Of a stretch of DNA of 64,000 bases, positions 9,339-19,290 are shown piece by piece. Location of the stretch: contig JBBTUN010000001.1 in the NCBI GenBank assembly GCA_038063735.1, positions 9,751 through 73,750 of the forward strand, written 5' to 3'. Position 1 is the stretch's first letter; the number at the start of each line of letters is the position of its first letter. The stretch comes from Patescibacteria group bacterium (lineage in GTDB: Bacteria > Patescibacteriota > Microgenomatia > Curtissbacterales > GWA2-41-24). The position numbers were made by a program, and so were the translations under genes. The notes below the pieces were generated by a model. It searched no databases and was not told the DNA's origin. It saw only the letters and a list, made by a program, of their open reading frames with translations.

Positions 9339-9445
9339 GAGAAATTTTTTTGCTTTTGGGTTGATGGACACGCGATAAGTCTGCTTATAGAAAACTCATT
9401 AAAACAAAACAAACAGGTGTTGATATATTTTTTGTTGACCACAGG

Positions 9446-9967
9446 TTGATTAATATTAATAATCCAGCTGAGAGTATCAAGAAAATCTGTAATGATAGTG
9501 ATTTTAAAAAGGTGTCTGTTGTTGGTCATTCGATAGGGGGCTTTTTTGCTATTAAGTTTGCGGCAAGTTTTCCTGAGTCGGTTGATAGATTATTTCTTAT
9601 AGACTCGGAGGGTGTATACGAGAAGGAAAAGATCGAGAGTTTGTTTATTAACTTTGCACGAACTCACCTTAAACATGGCAAAGCAAAGGCACTTAATAAT
9701 ATTAAGTCGGTTTACAATTTGTTAAAAAATCCCCTTTTTATGATAAGACTAGTGAGACTAGCTCACCTTGGTGATTTGACTGGCGATCTATTTAAAATAA
9801 GCGCAAAGACGACAATTATTTGGGGTCGGGAAGATAGACTTACACCGGTTTGGCAGGGAGAGATAATGAACAAGTTTCTTAGAAATTCTAAGCTAATTGT
9901 TTTAGCTGGAATGGACCACGATTGGATTTTGCACAAACCTCAGTTATTTTGGGAAAATTACAAATAA
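9446..9967 (+). pseudogene. N-terminally truncated alpha/beta hydrolase remnant
   Basis: The nucleophile elbow VVGHSIGG sits only ~30 aa from the start, so the usual ~50-aa N-terminal beta-strands are missing. The upstream frame is closed by TAG at about 9372. Confidence 0.45.
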
Positions 9968-10013
9968 TCTAAAGAGCTATAGGGCTAGAGAGTTAAAGAG
10001 TGGAAAGAATATT

Positions 10014-10919
10014 CTAACTTTTTTTTCTTTTAGTACTTAAATTATGCCAGACAACAAGAAGTGGTGCGGCGTTGAAGATGGATGAGTAGGTTCCGGAGAT
10101 CATGCCAATAAGTAACGCCAGAACAAATGTTTTAATACTTTCTCCGCCAAACAGGAAGAGTGCTATAAGAACAAAGATTGCAGTAAGAGATGTATTTAAG
10201 GACCGCCCTAAGGTTTGCAGCAGAGAGTGATTAACAATTTCCGGGAAATCGTAACCACTATGTTTAAGTAAGTTTTCCCTGATTCTATCGAAAACCACGA
10301 TTGTGTCGTGAACAGAAAACCCGATTACAGTAAGCAGAGCGGTTATAAAGAGTGAATCTATTTCGATGTTGGTAAAATGACCAATAATTGCAAAGATCCC
10401 GACAACAACAATAACGTCGTGCACAAGCGCAACAACTGTGCAAACGCCAAAAGCTATTGAGGACGCCGGCTTAGGAACTTTTCTAAACGAATAAGTAATA
10501 TAGGAAACGATTGCAAGAATTGATATTGCTACCGCGAGTAGTGCTTTTTGAGTTAGCTCCTTTGAAATTGTCGGGCCTACAGTTTCCAGACGTACATCTT
10601 CCACTTGTCCATATTTATCTTTTACCTTACTTTTAACATCGTTCAATTTTGCTTCCTCATTTATTTTTAGTCTCGCCAAAATTGAGTCATCCGAAGTCGT
10701 AGATACGGTTGAAGCCTCTGCACCAATATCATTTAAAAATGCCTGAAAGCTTTGGGTGGTTACGTTTTCTTTTTTTTCAACAAATTTTACCTCCCAAAGA
10801 GTCCCTCCTGTAAAATCTATTCCTAGCTTAAGACCCCATGTAAAAAGCGCTATTACTCCAGGGACAAGAATTATAAGAGAGAGAGCAAAGAAAAGATTAC
10901 GCTTTGCTATTAAATTCAT
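10014..10919 (-). CDS. secF: protein-export membrane protein SecF
   Basis: N-terminal FTWGLKLGIDFTGGTLWEV. 301 aa, polytopic. Confidence 0.85.
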   Translation of the reverse strand: MNLIAKRNLFFALSLIILVPGVIALFTWGLKLGIDFTGGTLWEVKFVEKKENVTTQSFQAFLNDIGAEASTVSTTSDDSILARLKINEEAKLNDVKSKVKDKYGQVEDVRLETVGPTISKELTQKALLAVAISILAIVSYITYSFRKVPKPASSIAFGVCTVVALVHDVIVVVGIFAIIGHFTNIEIDSLFITALLTVIGFSVHDTIVVFDRIRENLLKHSGYDFPEIVNHSLLQTLGRSLNTSLTAIFVLIALFLFGGESIKTFVLALLIGMISGTYSSIFNAAPLLVVWHNLSTKRKKS

Positions 10920-12226
10920 ACTTTACCTACCCAGAAGAATTTTAATAAGTTACGTGTTACGGTTATGGCACTAAACATAGAAATTAAAATACCAACAGCA
11001 AGTGTCAGGGCAAAACCACGGATTGACCCGGTGCCAAAGTTAAAAAGAATAAATGTTGTAATCAGTGATGAGACGTTAGAGTCACGAATAGAAGACCATG
11101 CCCTGTCAAAGCCTGCAAAAAGTGCCTCGTGTTTTGGCTTGCCCCAAGCAAGTTCTTCTTTCATCCGCTCAAAAATCAAAATATTGGCATCCACTGCCAT
11201 GCCGATAGATAAAACAAACCCGGCTATACCGGCAAGCGTTAAGGTGACTGGAACAAGCTTGAAAACAGAAAATACCAGAACGGTGTAGACGGAGAGAGCA
11301 ACTACCGCGAAAACACCCAATAGGCGGTAGTAAACAATCATAAACACTGCAACCGAAAGAAGCCCGATTGCGGTTGCTATGATGCTTTTTTCTATGGCAA
11401 CTGCGCCAATTGTTGGCCCCACCCTGTTTTGGCTTTCTATCTTAAGTGGAACAGGAAGCGCACCCGCGTTAAGCTGAATTGTAAGTTCTTTTGCACTATT
11501 GGAGTTGAAATTCCCACTAATTTGTGCACTACCATCAGAAATTACTGCCCTTATGGTTGGTGGAGGCCATGATATTGGTTGTTCATCCAAAAACATTCCC
11601 ATGGGTTCGTTTAGGTTGTTTTTTGTTATCTCTTCCAGTTTTTTGGCTCCATCCCCATTGAACTCCAAATTTACGACATAACCGGGGGTATTAGGATCAC
11701 GACTGGGAGCAGCAACTGCCCGTTTTAAGTCTTTGCCGGTAAGGCCGGTGCTTTCGTAGTTTTCTAGCTTTGCAGATTCGGTAGCATTCCCCCTGGCTGC
11801 AGGTGTTAAAGTTTTAAATTCTAAATGTGCTGTAGTTCTTACAGTCGCAAGAGCCTGCTCGACATCTGTAATTCCCGGTATTTCTATGATTAACCTGTAC
11901 TGACCTTGAGTTTTGGCTGTTTGTATTATTGGTTCAGAAACTCCTAATGAGTTAATTCTGTTTTCTATAACATTTTTTGCAGATTCCAGCGCGCTATCCC
12001 TATCTTCTTCTGAAACATTTTGCATGTCTGCACTCATTGTAAGCTGAACCCCTCCCGCCAGATCTAGGCCAAGTTTGGGTTCCAAATCTCTTGTGAAAAA
12101 ACTCGTGGCAATTTTTGGGTGAGATATAACGTGCCCTAAGACGGTAACCTTTGGCAAGTTGATATATACGGCCACAATTGTCAGAATTAATATAAATAGG
12201 ATGCTTAAACGGGGTTTTTTGTACAT
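10916..12226 (-). CDS. secD: protein-export membrane protein SecD
   Basis: LGLDLAGGVQLTM motif. Overlaps secF by 4 nt. Confidence 0.85.
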   Translation of the reverse strand: MYKKPRLSILFILILTIVAVYINLPKVTVLGHVISHPKIATSFFTRDLEPKLGLDLAGGVQLTMSADMQNVSEEDRDSALESAKNVIENRINSLGVSEPIIQTAKTQGQYRLIIEIPGITDVEQALATVRTTAHLEFKTLTPAARGNATESAKLENYESTGLTGKDLKRAVAAPSRDPNTPGYVVNLEFNGDGAKKLEEITKNNLNEPMGMFLDEQPISWPPPTIRAVISDGSAQISGNFNSNSAKELTIQLNAGALPVPLKIESQNRVGPTIGAVAIEKSIIATAIGLLSVAVFMIVYYRLLGVFAVVALSVYTVLVFSVFKLVPVTLTLAGIAGFVLSIGMAVDANILIFERMKEELAWGKPKHEALFAGFDRAWSSIRDSNVSSLITTFILFNFGTGSIRGFALTLAVGILISMFSAITVTRNLLKFFWVGKV

Positions 12227-12235
12227 GAGGGCATT

Positions 12236-12814
12236 TTAGAGTTTAACCATTTCTTCTTCGTCGCCAATTAGCATAACACGCGGTCGTGCCAGAATTCCAA
12301 GAACAAACGGGTCTCGTCTACTCTTCCTGAAATTAAATTCCTCTTCAGTCATAGGAGTAAAGTTTATTTCCCTGTTTCTTCTTGCCTCTTCGTCTTTAAT
12401 AATTGCAGACAGCTCCGGGAGAACAATTGTGCCGACAACAAAAAGGTCAACTTCGTTTTGCGTATATGGCTTTCCCCGCACAAACGAGCCAGAAAGCATC
12501 GCGTAATTAATTTTGCCAAGTTTTGCTTTGTTTTTGATGATTGCTCCTCCTAAGCCAACACTTTTATTAACCATGGATAAAAATTCCGAAAAAAACATGT
12601 AGTCTTTTTTAACACCGTAATATCTTCTATTTGCCCTCCATTCGCTGGCTAAAAAGCCGGTTTTTTCAAGTCTGGCCAGCTCTCTTCTTACTGCGTTTAT
12701 TTCCTCTTCTACACGTCTGACTATTTCCCGAACGTGATACATCTGTCCGGGGTTTCCCAAAAAGAGCTCAAATATTTTTACTCTTACTTTTGAAATTAAA
12801 ATATCTACAATCAT
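12236..12814 (-). CDS. winged-helix DNA-binding domain fused to a Pol-beta-type nucleotidyltransferase domain
   Basis: The N-terminus is ArsR-like HTH (VKIFELFLGNPGQMYHVREIVRRV). The C-terminus carries the GSxxRG...DxD NTase motif (LSGSFVRGKPYTQNEVDLFVV). Confidence 0.6.
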   Translation of the reverse strand: MIVDILISKVRVKIFELFLGNPGQMYHVREIVRRVEEEINAVRRELARLEKTGFLASEWRANRRYYGVKKDYMFFSEFLSMVNKSVGLGGAIIKNKAKLGKINYAMLSGSFVRGKPYTQNEVDLFVVGTIVLPELSAIIKDEEARRNREINFTPMTEEEFNFRKSRRDPFVLGILARPRVMLIGDEEEMVKL

Positions 12815-12926
12815 GCTTCCACCTAATTTTTAGGGCACTAAAACTTAGGCATTCCTTTTTTTAAATTTTTATTTGGCAGATAATCTTTAGCAGGCGGGCC
12901 CTTTTTGCTAATGCCCCAAAAGGACG

Positions 12927-14054
12927 TTAGTATTCTACAACATTCCCTATAGGAATTGTTTGTACCCAAATTTGACCTCTATTTAATTCTATTTCTTTTC
13001 CCTTGGCATCGGTCCATTTTGTTCTCGCTGTGCGGTTTGCTTTATTCCATTTACCTTCTGTGACTTTTCCATCCATGAAGACAATTGCTTTACCCGAACC
13101 GGTGGTGGTGTACAAAAGATGGCCTTCTTCGTCATTCAGGAATCTTTCCGAGGCGAGTTGAATAATTATATTTTTTGCACTTAATTGCTCATTTGATATT
13201 TTATCAATTTGAGCTGTTTCACCATGAAATCTTTTATAGGTATTTGACTCCTTGTCGTACTTCCATATTACAGCGTAGTCTGGTGCGTTTGGCCTAAAAG
13301 GAACCGTTATCGGGGTTTGATCACTCCTTTGGTCTAAAGGTGCTTCGACTTTAAATTTCCACTGAGTAAAGTTTGCATCCCAGCGTACGCCTTTATCGTC
13401 TTTTACTCCAAATCCCCTTTCTTGAGCTTCTTCCCAAAGTTTTTTTGTGGTGGAGTGGACATTGTGCGGTGCCAGTTTGTCTGTACCTCTCCAATATGTG
13501 GGAAAGCCTATTCCAAATTGATCCATATCTTTAATGCCATAATCTCTAATCTGCCCTAGAGCGTTTGCGGGGCCAGCCCTGTTGGCACCACCTACGTGGG
13601 AGTAAGCGGCATCATATTCGCTAAGCCAGTCGATAAAATATGTACGTGCACTTCTAATTGGAGCTATATCTCCGGCATCTTGACACAAATACATCGCTAA
13701 ATATCTTGTTATTCCACTTTCGGCGATGGCTTCGTAGACCACGTCGCTTCTTGAAAGGCCCAGTACTGGCCGTGCGTCTACATGGTTTTCTACCATTACC
13801 CCTAGTGGCCTTCTATTGTCCCATGCGTCTTTTCTATTTTTGGTATACATAACTCCATTAAGTGGGCAAGGCTGGTCTTTGGTACCTTCTTCGTTGCCAG
13901 AGGTGGGATCTGAAAGATTTCCAAAAGGTGTAACTATATTAATAGGCGTCTTTAGAAAAAGGCTAAATGCAACATATGACACGCCGGTTGAAACTGCATA
14001 CAGTAAAATGCCGGCCATGACAATTTGTAATTTTTTATTAGGCAGAAAGTTCAT
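12927..14054 (-). CDS. DUF3048 domain lipoprotein-like protein (YerB family)
   Basis: RPLGVMVENHVDARPVLGLSRSDVVYEAIAESGITRYLAMY matches the DUF3048 core as I remember it. N-terminal TM/signal sequence. Confidence 0.65.
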   Translation of the reverse strand: MNFLPNKKLQIVMAGILLYAVSTGVSYVAFSLFLKTPINIVTPFGNLSDPTSGNEEGTKDQPCPLNGVMYTKNRKDAWDNRRPLGVMVENHVDARPVLGLSRSDVVYEAIAESGITRYLAMYLCQDAGDIAPIRSARTYFIDWLSEYDAAYSHVGGANRAGPANALGQIRDYGIKDMDQFGIGFPTYWRGTDKLAPHNVHSTTKKLWEEAQERGFGVKDDKGVRWDANFTQWKFKVEAPLDQRSDQTPITVPFRPNAPDYAVIWKYDKESNTYKRFHGETAQIDKISNEQLSAKNIIIQLASERFLNDEEGHLLYTTTGSGKAIVFMDGKVTEGKWNKANRTARTKWTDAKGKEIELNRGQIWVQTIPIGNVVEY

Positions 14055-14076
14055 TAGATTTTATTTTAACCTAATT

Positions 14077-14556
14077 TCAAATATTTTTCTTCTTTAGGGC
14101 TTTTTCAACCGCTTCTTTTTCTTCTTTTGTAAATGCGTGAACTTGAGGTTTACCAGCCATTACTCCTTTTGTGTAAACTCTTGTGCCGCTCCTTGAGTGC
14201 AGTGATGAGATTACGATCCCATTTCCACGCCCGTCAAGCAGCGCAACAACAAAACTTTGGTCGCCCCCTGCATCTTCAAATGGGTTAAAACGGACAAGCG
14301 CATATTTTTGAAAATATTCCCTCGACTTTTCTTCCTGAGTAACCTGGTGCGCACTTAAATCTGATAGGTGGGCAGCATGCGAGTTTTGCTTGTTAATGAT
14401 CGTTTCTAGAATTTTATCCAAACTTTGGTTATTTACTCCCCGCGTCAGCTTTTTATAGTGATTGACTACCCTTATTAAGTATAATCCCAATAAAATTACC
14501 GCTATTGTTAAAAGGAGCAAGATTAGATATATAAAATTTAGTTGCTCCCACCACAT
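14077..14556 (-). CDS. hypothetical single-pass membrane protein
   Basis: 159 aa with an N-terminal TM helix. No recognisable motif. Confidence 0.45.
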   Translation of the reverse strand: MWWEQLNFIYLILLLLTIAVILLGLYLIRVVNHYKKLTRGVNNQSLDKILETIINKQNSHAAHLSDLSAHQVTQEEKSREYFQKYALVRFNPFEDAGGDQSFVVALLDGRGNGIVISSLHSRSGTRVYTKGVMAGKPQVHAFTKEEKEAVEKALKKKNI

Positions 14557-14652
14557 TTTTGGATAAATTAATTACTCCAACCTTTTACCATGTCGCTTCT
14601 TTGGTTGTCAACGATTTTTGACTGCCTTTGTGATATTATATGAAAAATTGTT

Positions 14653-14925
14653 ATGCCTTTTAAAACAAAGCGCAGGAAAATTGCAGCTAAAAATAGAATT
14701 GTCTTTACAGAGTCTGGAGTTATTTCTTACAAAGTGGCTGACCACGATGAGCAAGTTACCGTCTTGGGGCATTCTGATGCGCACAAGAACGTTGCAAATA
14801 GATTGACAAGTGAGATTGACTATAAAAAACTTCAAAGCGAACTTACCCGAATAATTTTGCTTGCGTTGTTCATTATAGGGCTACAGCTAGCCTTAAAATT
14901 TTCTAATATCCCTTTATTTAAATAG
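14653..14925 (+). CDS. hypothetical small protein with C-terminal TM
   Basis: 90-aa ORF with a basic N-terminus and a hydrophobic C-terminus. Weak support. Confidence 0.3.
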   Translation: MPFKTKRRKIAAKNRIVFTESGVISYKVADHDEQVTVLGHSDAHKNVANRLTSEIDYKKLQSELTRIILLALFIIGLQLALKFSNIPLFK

Positions 14926-15079
14926 CCCATATAATTCTAGTAAATTTAGCTTCAAATTGATTTTCTTGACTAGGCTGCTGAGGCTATGCTATGGTTGAGT
15001 CTATCTGAAGCTAACTAGCCTCAATTAAATATTGGACTAAGGCTAAAGAAAATTACTGTCTAAAGGAGGTGATTTATAA

Positions 15080-15220
15080 ATGGCAACAATGTATTGTGTT
15101 AAATGCCGAGAAAAGAGAGATGACCCTAACGCACAAAAGGTAACCATGAAAAACGGTAAACCAGCTCTTAAGGGTAAGTGCCCAGTTTGTGGTACATCAA
15201 TGTTTAAAATCGGCGGTTAG
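15080..15220 (+). CDS. DUF5679-like small zinc-ribbon protein (46 aa)
   Basis: MATMYCVKCREKRDDPNAQKVTMKNGKPALKGKCPVCGTSMFKIGG, with CxxC...CxxC. An AAAGGAGG RBS lies 8 nt upstream and a terminator follows. Confidence 0.6.
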   Translation: MATMYCVKCREKRDDPNAQKVTMKNGKPALKGKCPVCGTSMFKIGG

Positions 15221-15223
15221 TTC

Positions 15224-15262
15224 AAGAGGGCAAGCCGAGCTTGGCTCGATTGCTTTTTTTCA
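15224..15262 (+). terminator. rho-independent terminator
   Basis: GCAAGCCGAGC-ttg-GCTCGATTGC followed by T8. Confidence 0.55.
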
Positions 15263-15325
15263 AAAAAGAAAAACCCCACAGGACAAATGTTTTCTGTCAT
15301 ATGGGGTTTTTTCTCCGCTTGAAGT

Positions 15326-15943
15326 TTAGGTTGAAAATGCTTCTAAAATAATCCGCTGCACTTTGTACAAACCTTTAAGAATTGGCTCTGGATAGCTGTA
15401 GATTTTGTTATAAAGATCCTCGTTCCTGCCTGTCAAAAACTCCTTATTAAATTCCCAAATTACTTTTGTTACTTGCCCTGTTTCTGGTTTAGTCGTAAAG
15501 TCTATTTTATTGTAATGTGCTTCGGTGTTTGACTCTGTATTCATCCTTTTGGGGTCAACAATTGAAATAATTGTTTGCTTGTCAGCAATAACTGCCGGAA
15601 GGACTTTGTTGAACACGCTGGGATCTCCCCCATCCATCTCCAGAACCATATTTACTTTGTCCACTTTTTGGGAGAAGGCTGTATCATGGGTTAGCTTTAC
15701 CTTTATTATCTCCCCTTCTTTTGTTTCCATTTCCCATATGTAAATTGTCTTATCGAAGCTTTTTGTTTCAGGAGGGATTACGCTTGGTATTCTTACAAGT
15801 GGTTGAATTTGGTCTTTTACGGCGAAATTAATTTTATCGGTTGTTTGCTTAACAACTTTAAAGCTGATAACGACAGTCACTATAAAAGTTATTATTCCAA
15901 GAGCCAAAAGCACTGTTGCCGTAACCATTAAGACTTTCTTCAC
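15326..15943 (-). CDS. hypothetical membrane-anchored protein
   Basis: 205 aa with an N-terminal TM helix. A hairpin plus T-run lies downstream at about 15271-15320. Confidence 0.45.
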   Translation of the reverse strand: MKKVLMVTATVLLALGIITFIVTVVISFKVVKQTTDKINFAVKDQIQPLVRIPSVIPPETKSFDKTIYIWEMETKEGEIIKVKLTHDTAFSQKVDKVNMVLEMDGGDPSVFNKVLPAVIADKQTIISIVDPKRMNTESNTEAHYNKIDFTTKPETGQVTKVIWEFNKEFLTGRNEDLYNKIYSYPEPILKGLYKVQRIILEAFST

Positions 15944-15983
15944 ACTTTAATATTAACAGAAAATTAATTACTTTTTATAATTG

Positions 15984-17504
15984 TCAGGCGTCTGTTGTTG
16001 GTCGATATTGCAGTGCTTCTGCAACATGATTTGTTTTTATTTTGAGTGAGTTTTCGAGATCAGCGATTGTACGTGCGATTTTAACAACACGGTGGAAAGA
16101 TCGGGCGGAAAGGTTAAGTTTTGAAATCGCTTGTTTTAATAGAGTAATCGATGGTTGATCGAGATTGCAGAATTGTTTCATGGTTTTACTGGACATTTCG
16201 GCATTTGAGGTGATCGATAATTTAGAAAATCGTTTTTCCTGGATATCGCGGGCTTTTTGGACACGGGCTTTGATAATTTTTGATCCTTCAGAATTTGCTG
16301 CTGTTGTTAATTTTTCTACTTTTACCGCTGGTACTGTTACATGAATATCAATTCTGTCCAAAATTGGACCGGAAATCCTTTTTTGGTAGCGGGTAATTGC
16401 TGAAGGTGTACAAACACAGTTTCTGTTTTGGTCTCCTAAAAATCCGCAAGGGCAGGGGTTTGCGGCTGCCACCAAACTAAACCGGCAGGGAAATTTTACT
16501 GACCCGGATGCACGGGAAATAGTCACAAATCCATCTTCCATAGGCTGGCGCAACGCTTCTAAAACTTGTCTTGAAAATTCCGGAAACTCATCCAAAAATA
16601 GTACTCCCCTGTGTGCCAAAGAAATTTCTCCCGGCCGAGGTATGGTGCTACCGCCAATCAAGCCAATATGGCTAGTTGTATGATGAGGGCTTCTGAACGG
16701 CCGGGAAGTAATTATTGGGTTCTCGCGGTTTAGCAAATTTGCAACAGAATAAATTTTAGTCACCTCAAGGCTTTCTTCAAAAGTAAGCTTGGGTAGAATA
16801 GTTGCATAAGAACGGGCCATTAAGGTTTTGCCGGCGCCCGGTGGTCCTTTCATAAGAATATTGTGGCTACCCGCAGAAGCTATTTCCAGTGCTCTTTTGG
16901 CGCTTTCCTGACCTCTAATATTTTCAAAATCGTATTCGTCACTTACTTGTGATTTAAAAAATTGTTTTTTTGTTTTTGCCGGTACCATCAATTTATTTTG
17001 GGCAAAGTGGTCAAAAAGCTGGCGAAGATTTGTTAAGTTGTAAACTGAAATTTTATCTATTATGGCTGCTTCGTCTAAGTTATCTTCAGGAATGAAAATG
17101 TTTTTATAACTTTTATCCCTGGCCATAATCGCACAGGGTAAGACTCCCCATATTCTTCTTAATGACCCATCCAAGGAAAGCTCACCAACGAAAATACTGC
17201 CCGTTGTGTCAGCTCTTAGTTGTTCTGAGGCAATTAAAATTCCGAGTGCGATTGGTAAATCGTATGCGGGGCCTTCTTTTGGTAAATCGGCTGGCGCCAG
17301 GTTTACAGTAATTTTTTTGGCCGGAAAATCGGCCCCACTGTTTTTTATTGCTGCGCGGACCCGTTCTTTACTTTCTTCGACCGCTTTGTCCGGCAAGCCC
17401 ACAATTGTAAAAGACGGAAGTCCTTGGGCCGCTATGTCTACTTCCACCGTTATTGGTACGGCATCCAAACCCACGACTGCAGCAGATATAACTTTGGCTA
17501 GCAC
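15984..17504 (-). CDS. comM: YifB/ComM family Mg-chelatase-like AAA+ ATPase
   Basis: N-terminal MLAKVISAAVVGLDAVPITVEVD...GLPSFTIVGLPD and a Walker A GPPGAGKT. 506 aa. Confidence 0.85.
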   Translation of the reverse strand: MLAKVISAAVVGLDAVPITVEVDIAAQGLPSFTIVGLPDKAVEESKERVRAAIKNSGADFPAKKITVNLAPADLPKEGPAYDLPIALGILIASEQLRADTTGSIFVGELSLDGSLRRIWGVLPCAIMARDKSYKNIFIPEDNLDEAAIIDKISVYNLTNLRQLFDHFAQNKLMVPAKTKKQFFKSQVSDEYDFENIRGQESAKRALEIASAGSHNILMKGPPGAGKTLMARSYATILPKLTFEESLEVTKIYSVANLLNRENPIITSRPFRSPHHTTSHIGLIGGSTIPRPGEISLAHRGVLFLDEFPEFSRQVLEALRQPMEDGFVTISRASGSVKFPCRFSLVAAANPCPCGFLGDQNRNCVCTPSAITRYQKRISGPILDRIDIHVTVPAVKVEKLTTAANSEGSKIIKARVQKARDIQEKRFSKLSITSNAEMSSKTMKQFCNLDQPSITLLKQAISKLNLSARSFHRVVKIARTIADLENSLKIKTNHVAEALQYRPTTDA

Positions 17505-17521
17505 TAATTGGATTATATAAC

Positions 17522-18445
17522 GTGGGCTATTTTGTTAAAATCTTTAATATGAAGAAGTTTACATATTTGTTTGTAGTTTTTTTGACTATTGGTGTTCTCT
17601 TTGTAAACCGGGACAAGTACTCGGAGTTTTTCCAATCCTTAAATCCTTGCGACAGGCCTATTACTTACAGGGTTGATTTTGTCGACAAGAGGTTTAATTT
17701 AACTCAAGCGCAATTTCTGGCCGATGTGAAAGAGGCTGCGAGTATTTGGAACTCAAAACGAGGCAAAGACGTGTTTGTTTATGACGAACAGGGTAAAGTT
17801 TCTGTAAATTTAATTTTTGATTCCAGACAACAAGAGAGTAATCAAATAAATAGTTTGGATAATCAGTTAGATAAACAAAAAGGGCAATTAGATGCGGAAA
17901 CCCGCGCCTACAAAAACCAGGTTGAGGATTTTAAAAAGAGGCTGGAAGTACATAATGAGTTGGTGCAAAGTTGGAATAATCAAGGTGGCGCTCCACCGGA
18001 CGAGTTTGAGAAGCTTGCGCGCGAGCAACAAGATTTACAATCGGAAGCGAATAAGTTGAATGAAAAGGCAGGAAGCCTGAATTTGTCGTCGGAAAACTAC
18101 AATTTGCAAGTTGGAAAGCTTAATAGTGCCATTGAAGATTTTAATACAGATCTTTCTAAAAAGCCGGAAGAAGGAATTTTTATGGGGGATAAAATGAGGA
18201 TTGAAATTTATTTCAACAATAATAAGCAGGAACTTGTTCATACTTTGGCACATGAACTTGGACACTCACTAGGAGTGAATCATAATAATAACCCTAAATC
18301 TATAATGTATCCTTACACTACAAAAACTGTTTTACTGTCTGCAGCAGATGTGGAATCGCTTGATAGCGTATGCAGAGAGATAAGTGTCTTTGAAGCGTTT
18401 AGTGGCTGGATTGACGCTTTGCGGTCGCAATGGAAATCGAATTAG
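17522..18445 (+). CDS. secreted metzincin zinc metalloprotease (matrixin-like)
   Basis: HELGHSLGVNH is the HExxHxxGxxH motif and SIMYP is a Met-turn. N-terminal TM/signal sequence and a central Q/E/K-rich coiled coil. Confidence 0.7.
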   Translation: MGYFVKIFNMKKFTYLFVVFLTIGVLFVNRDKYSEFFQSLNPCDRPITYRVDFVDKRFNLTQAQFLADVKEAASIWNSKRGKDVFVYDEQGKVSVNLIFDSRQQESNQINSLDNQLDKQKGQLDAETRAYKNQVEDFKKRLEVHNELVQSWNNQGGAPPDEFEKLAREQQDLQSEANKLNEKAGSLNLSSENYNLQVGKLNSAIEDFNTDLSKKPEEGIFMGDKMRIEIYFNNNKQELVHTLAHELGHSLGVNHNNNPKSIMYPYTTKTVLLSAADVESLDSVCREISVFEAFSGWIDALRSQWKSN

Positions 18446-18675
18446 GTTTTAGATTTTCTAAATCCATCTCTTTTGGCTTCATCTTCTGTGCAAAACCATT
18501 TTTCGCCTTTTGACTGGTCTACTGCGGTTTTTTGATAATATTTTTGACCGATCATGTGATAAATTTTTTCACCGGAGGATGACACATTGCCCTTTATGCT
18601 GCAGTCATTTGGCCCTGTCTCGATGGTATTAGTAGACTCGTTAAGATTTTGCTTCCCGGCTGGCATGCGGACCAC
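18442..18675 (-). pseudogene. Cys-containing C-terminal module in a -1 frame overlapping the nuclease gene; probable frameshifted 3' part of the same gene
   Basis: CSIKGNVSSSGEKIYHMIGQKYY...WFCTEDEAKRDGFRKSK resembles a small domain I recall as a C-terminal appendage of SNase-family nucleases. It overlaps the nuclease ORF by 82 nt. Confidence 0.4.
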
Positions 18676-19220
18676 AGGCCTCTATCGCCCTGACGAGCTT
18701 CAAGTTCCGCTTCTTTAAATTCTTCCTGATGAGCAACATCCGGTGGATAAGACGAAGAATAAGCATACCCTTGGCGAACTAGAAAATCGTTAACCATGAT
18801 GTCGCCAATATATACATATCGAAGCAATCTTCCATACTTGTCTGTTTCGGATACATCTTTTGTAAGTGTGACGCTTTTCCCTTCTACCAATTCTTTATTT
18901 TTCTCTGAGGCCTCTTTACCAAAGCACTGCACTACTTTTTGCGGATGGACTGTTTCCGGCGTGTCGATACCGATATACCTAACTCTTTGCCCTCCTTCAA
19001 TCTCTATTGTGTCACCGTCAACAACTCGGATAACTTTGATACCAGCTTGAGATATTGTTGAGGATGAAGAAGCTTCAGGGGCGGAATTGGAATTCTTAAT
19101 GCCATATATCCTGTTTTCCTTTTTTTCTAAAATACGGGTATTAATTAAAATTTTGTTAAAACTGAAAAAGATTATAAATGTACCGAGGGTGATTGTCGTA
19201 ATTATTAACAGTTTTTTCAT
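18594..19220 (-). CDS. thermonuclease (SNase-like) family nuclease, membrane-anchored
   Basis: VVDGDTIEI...RYIGIDTPE...GRLLRYVY matches the SNase catalytic core. Confidence 0.75.
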   Translation of the reverse strand: MKKLLIITTITLGTFIIFFSFNKILINTRILEKKENRIYGIKNSNSAPEASSSSTISQAGIKVIRVVDGDTIEIEGGQRVRYIGIDTPETVHPQKVVQCFGKEASEKNKELVEGKSVTLTKDVSETDKYGRLLRYVYIGDIMVNDFLVRQGYAYSSSYPPDVAHQEEFKEAELEARQGDRGLWSACQPGSKILTSLLIPSRQGQMTAA

Positions 19221-19290
19221 AAAGGGTTTAAATAATTTTAGCTCTATCTCTTGTAAAGTTTAATTTTATGATATTTAATTAAACTGTAAA

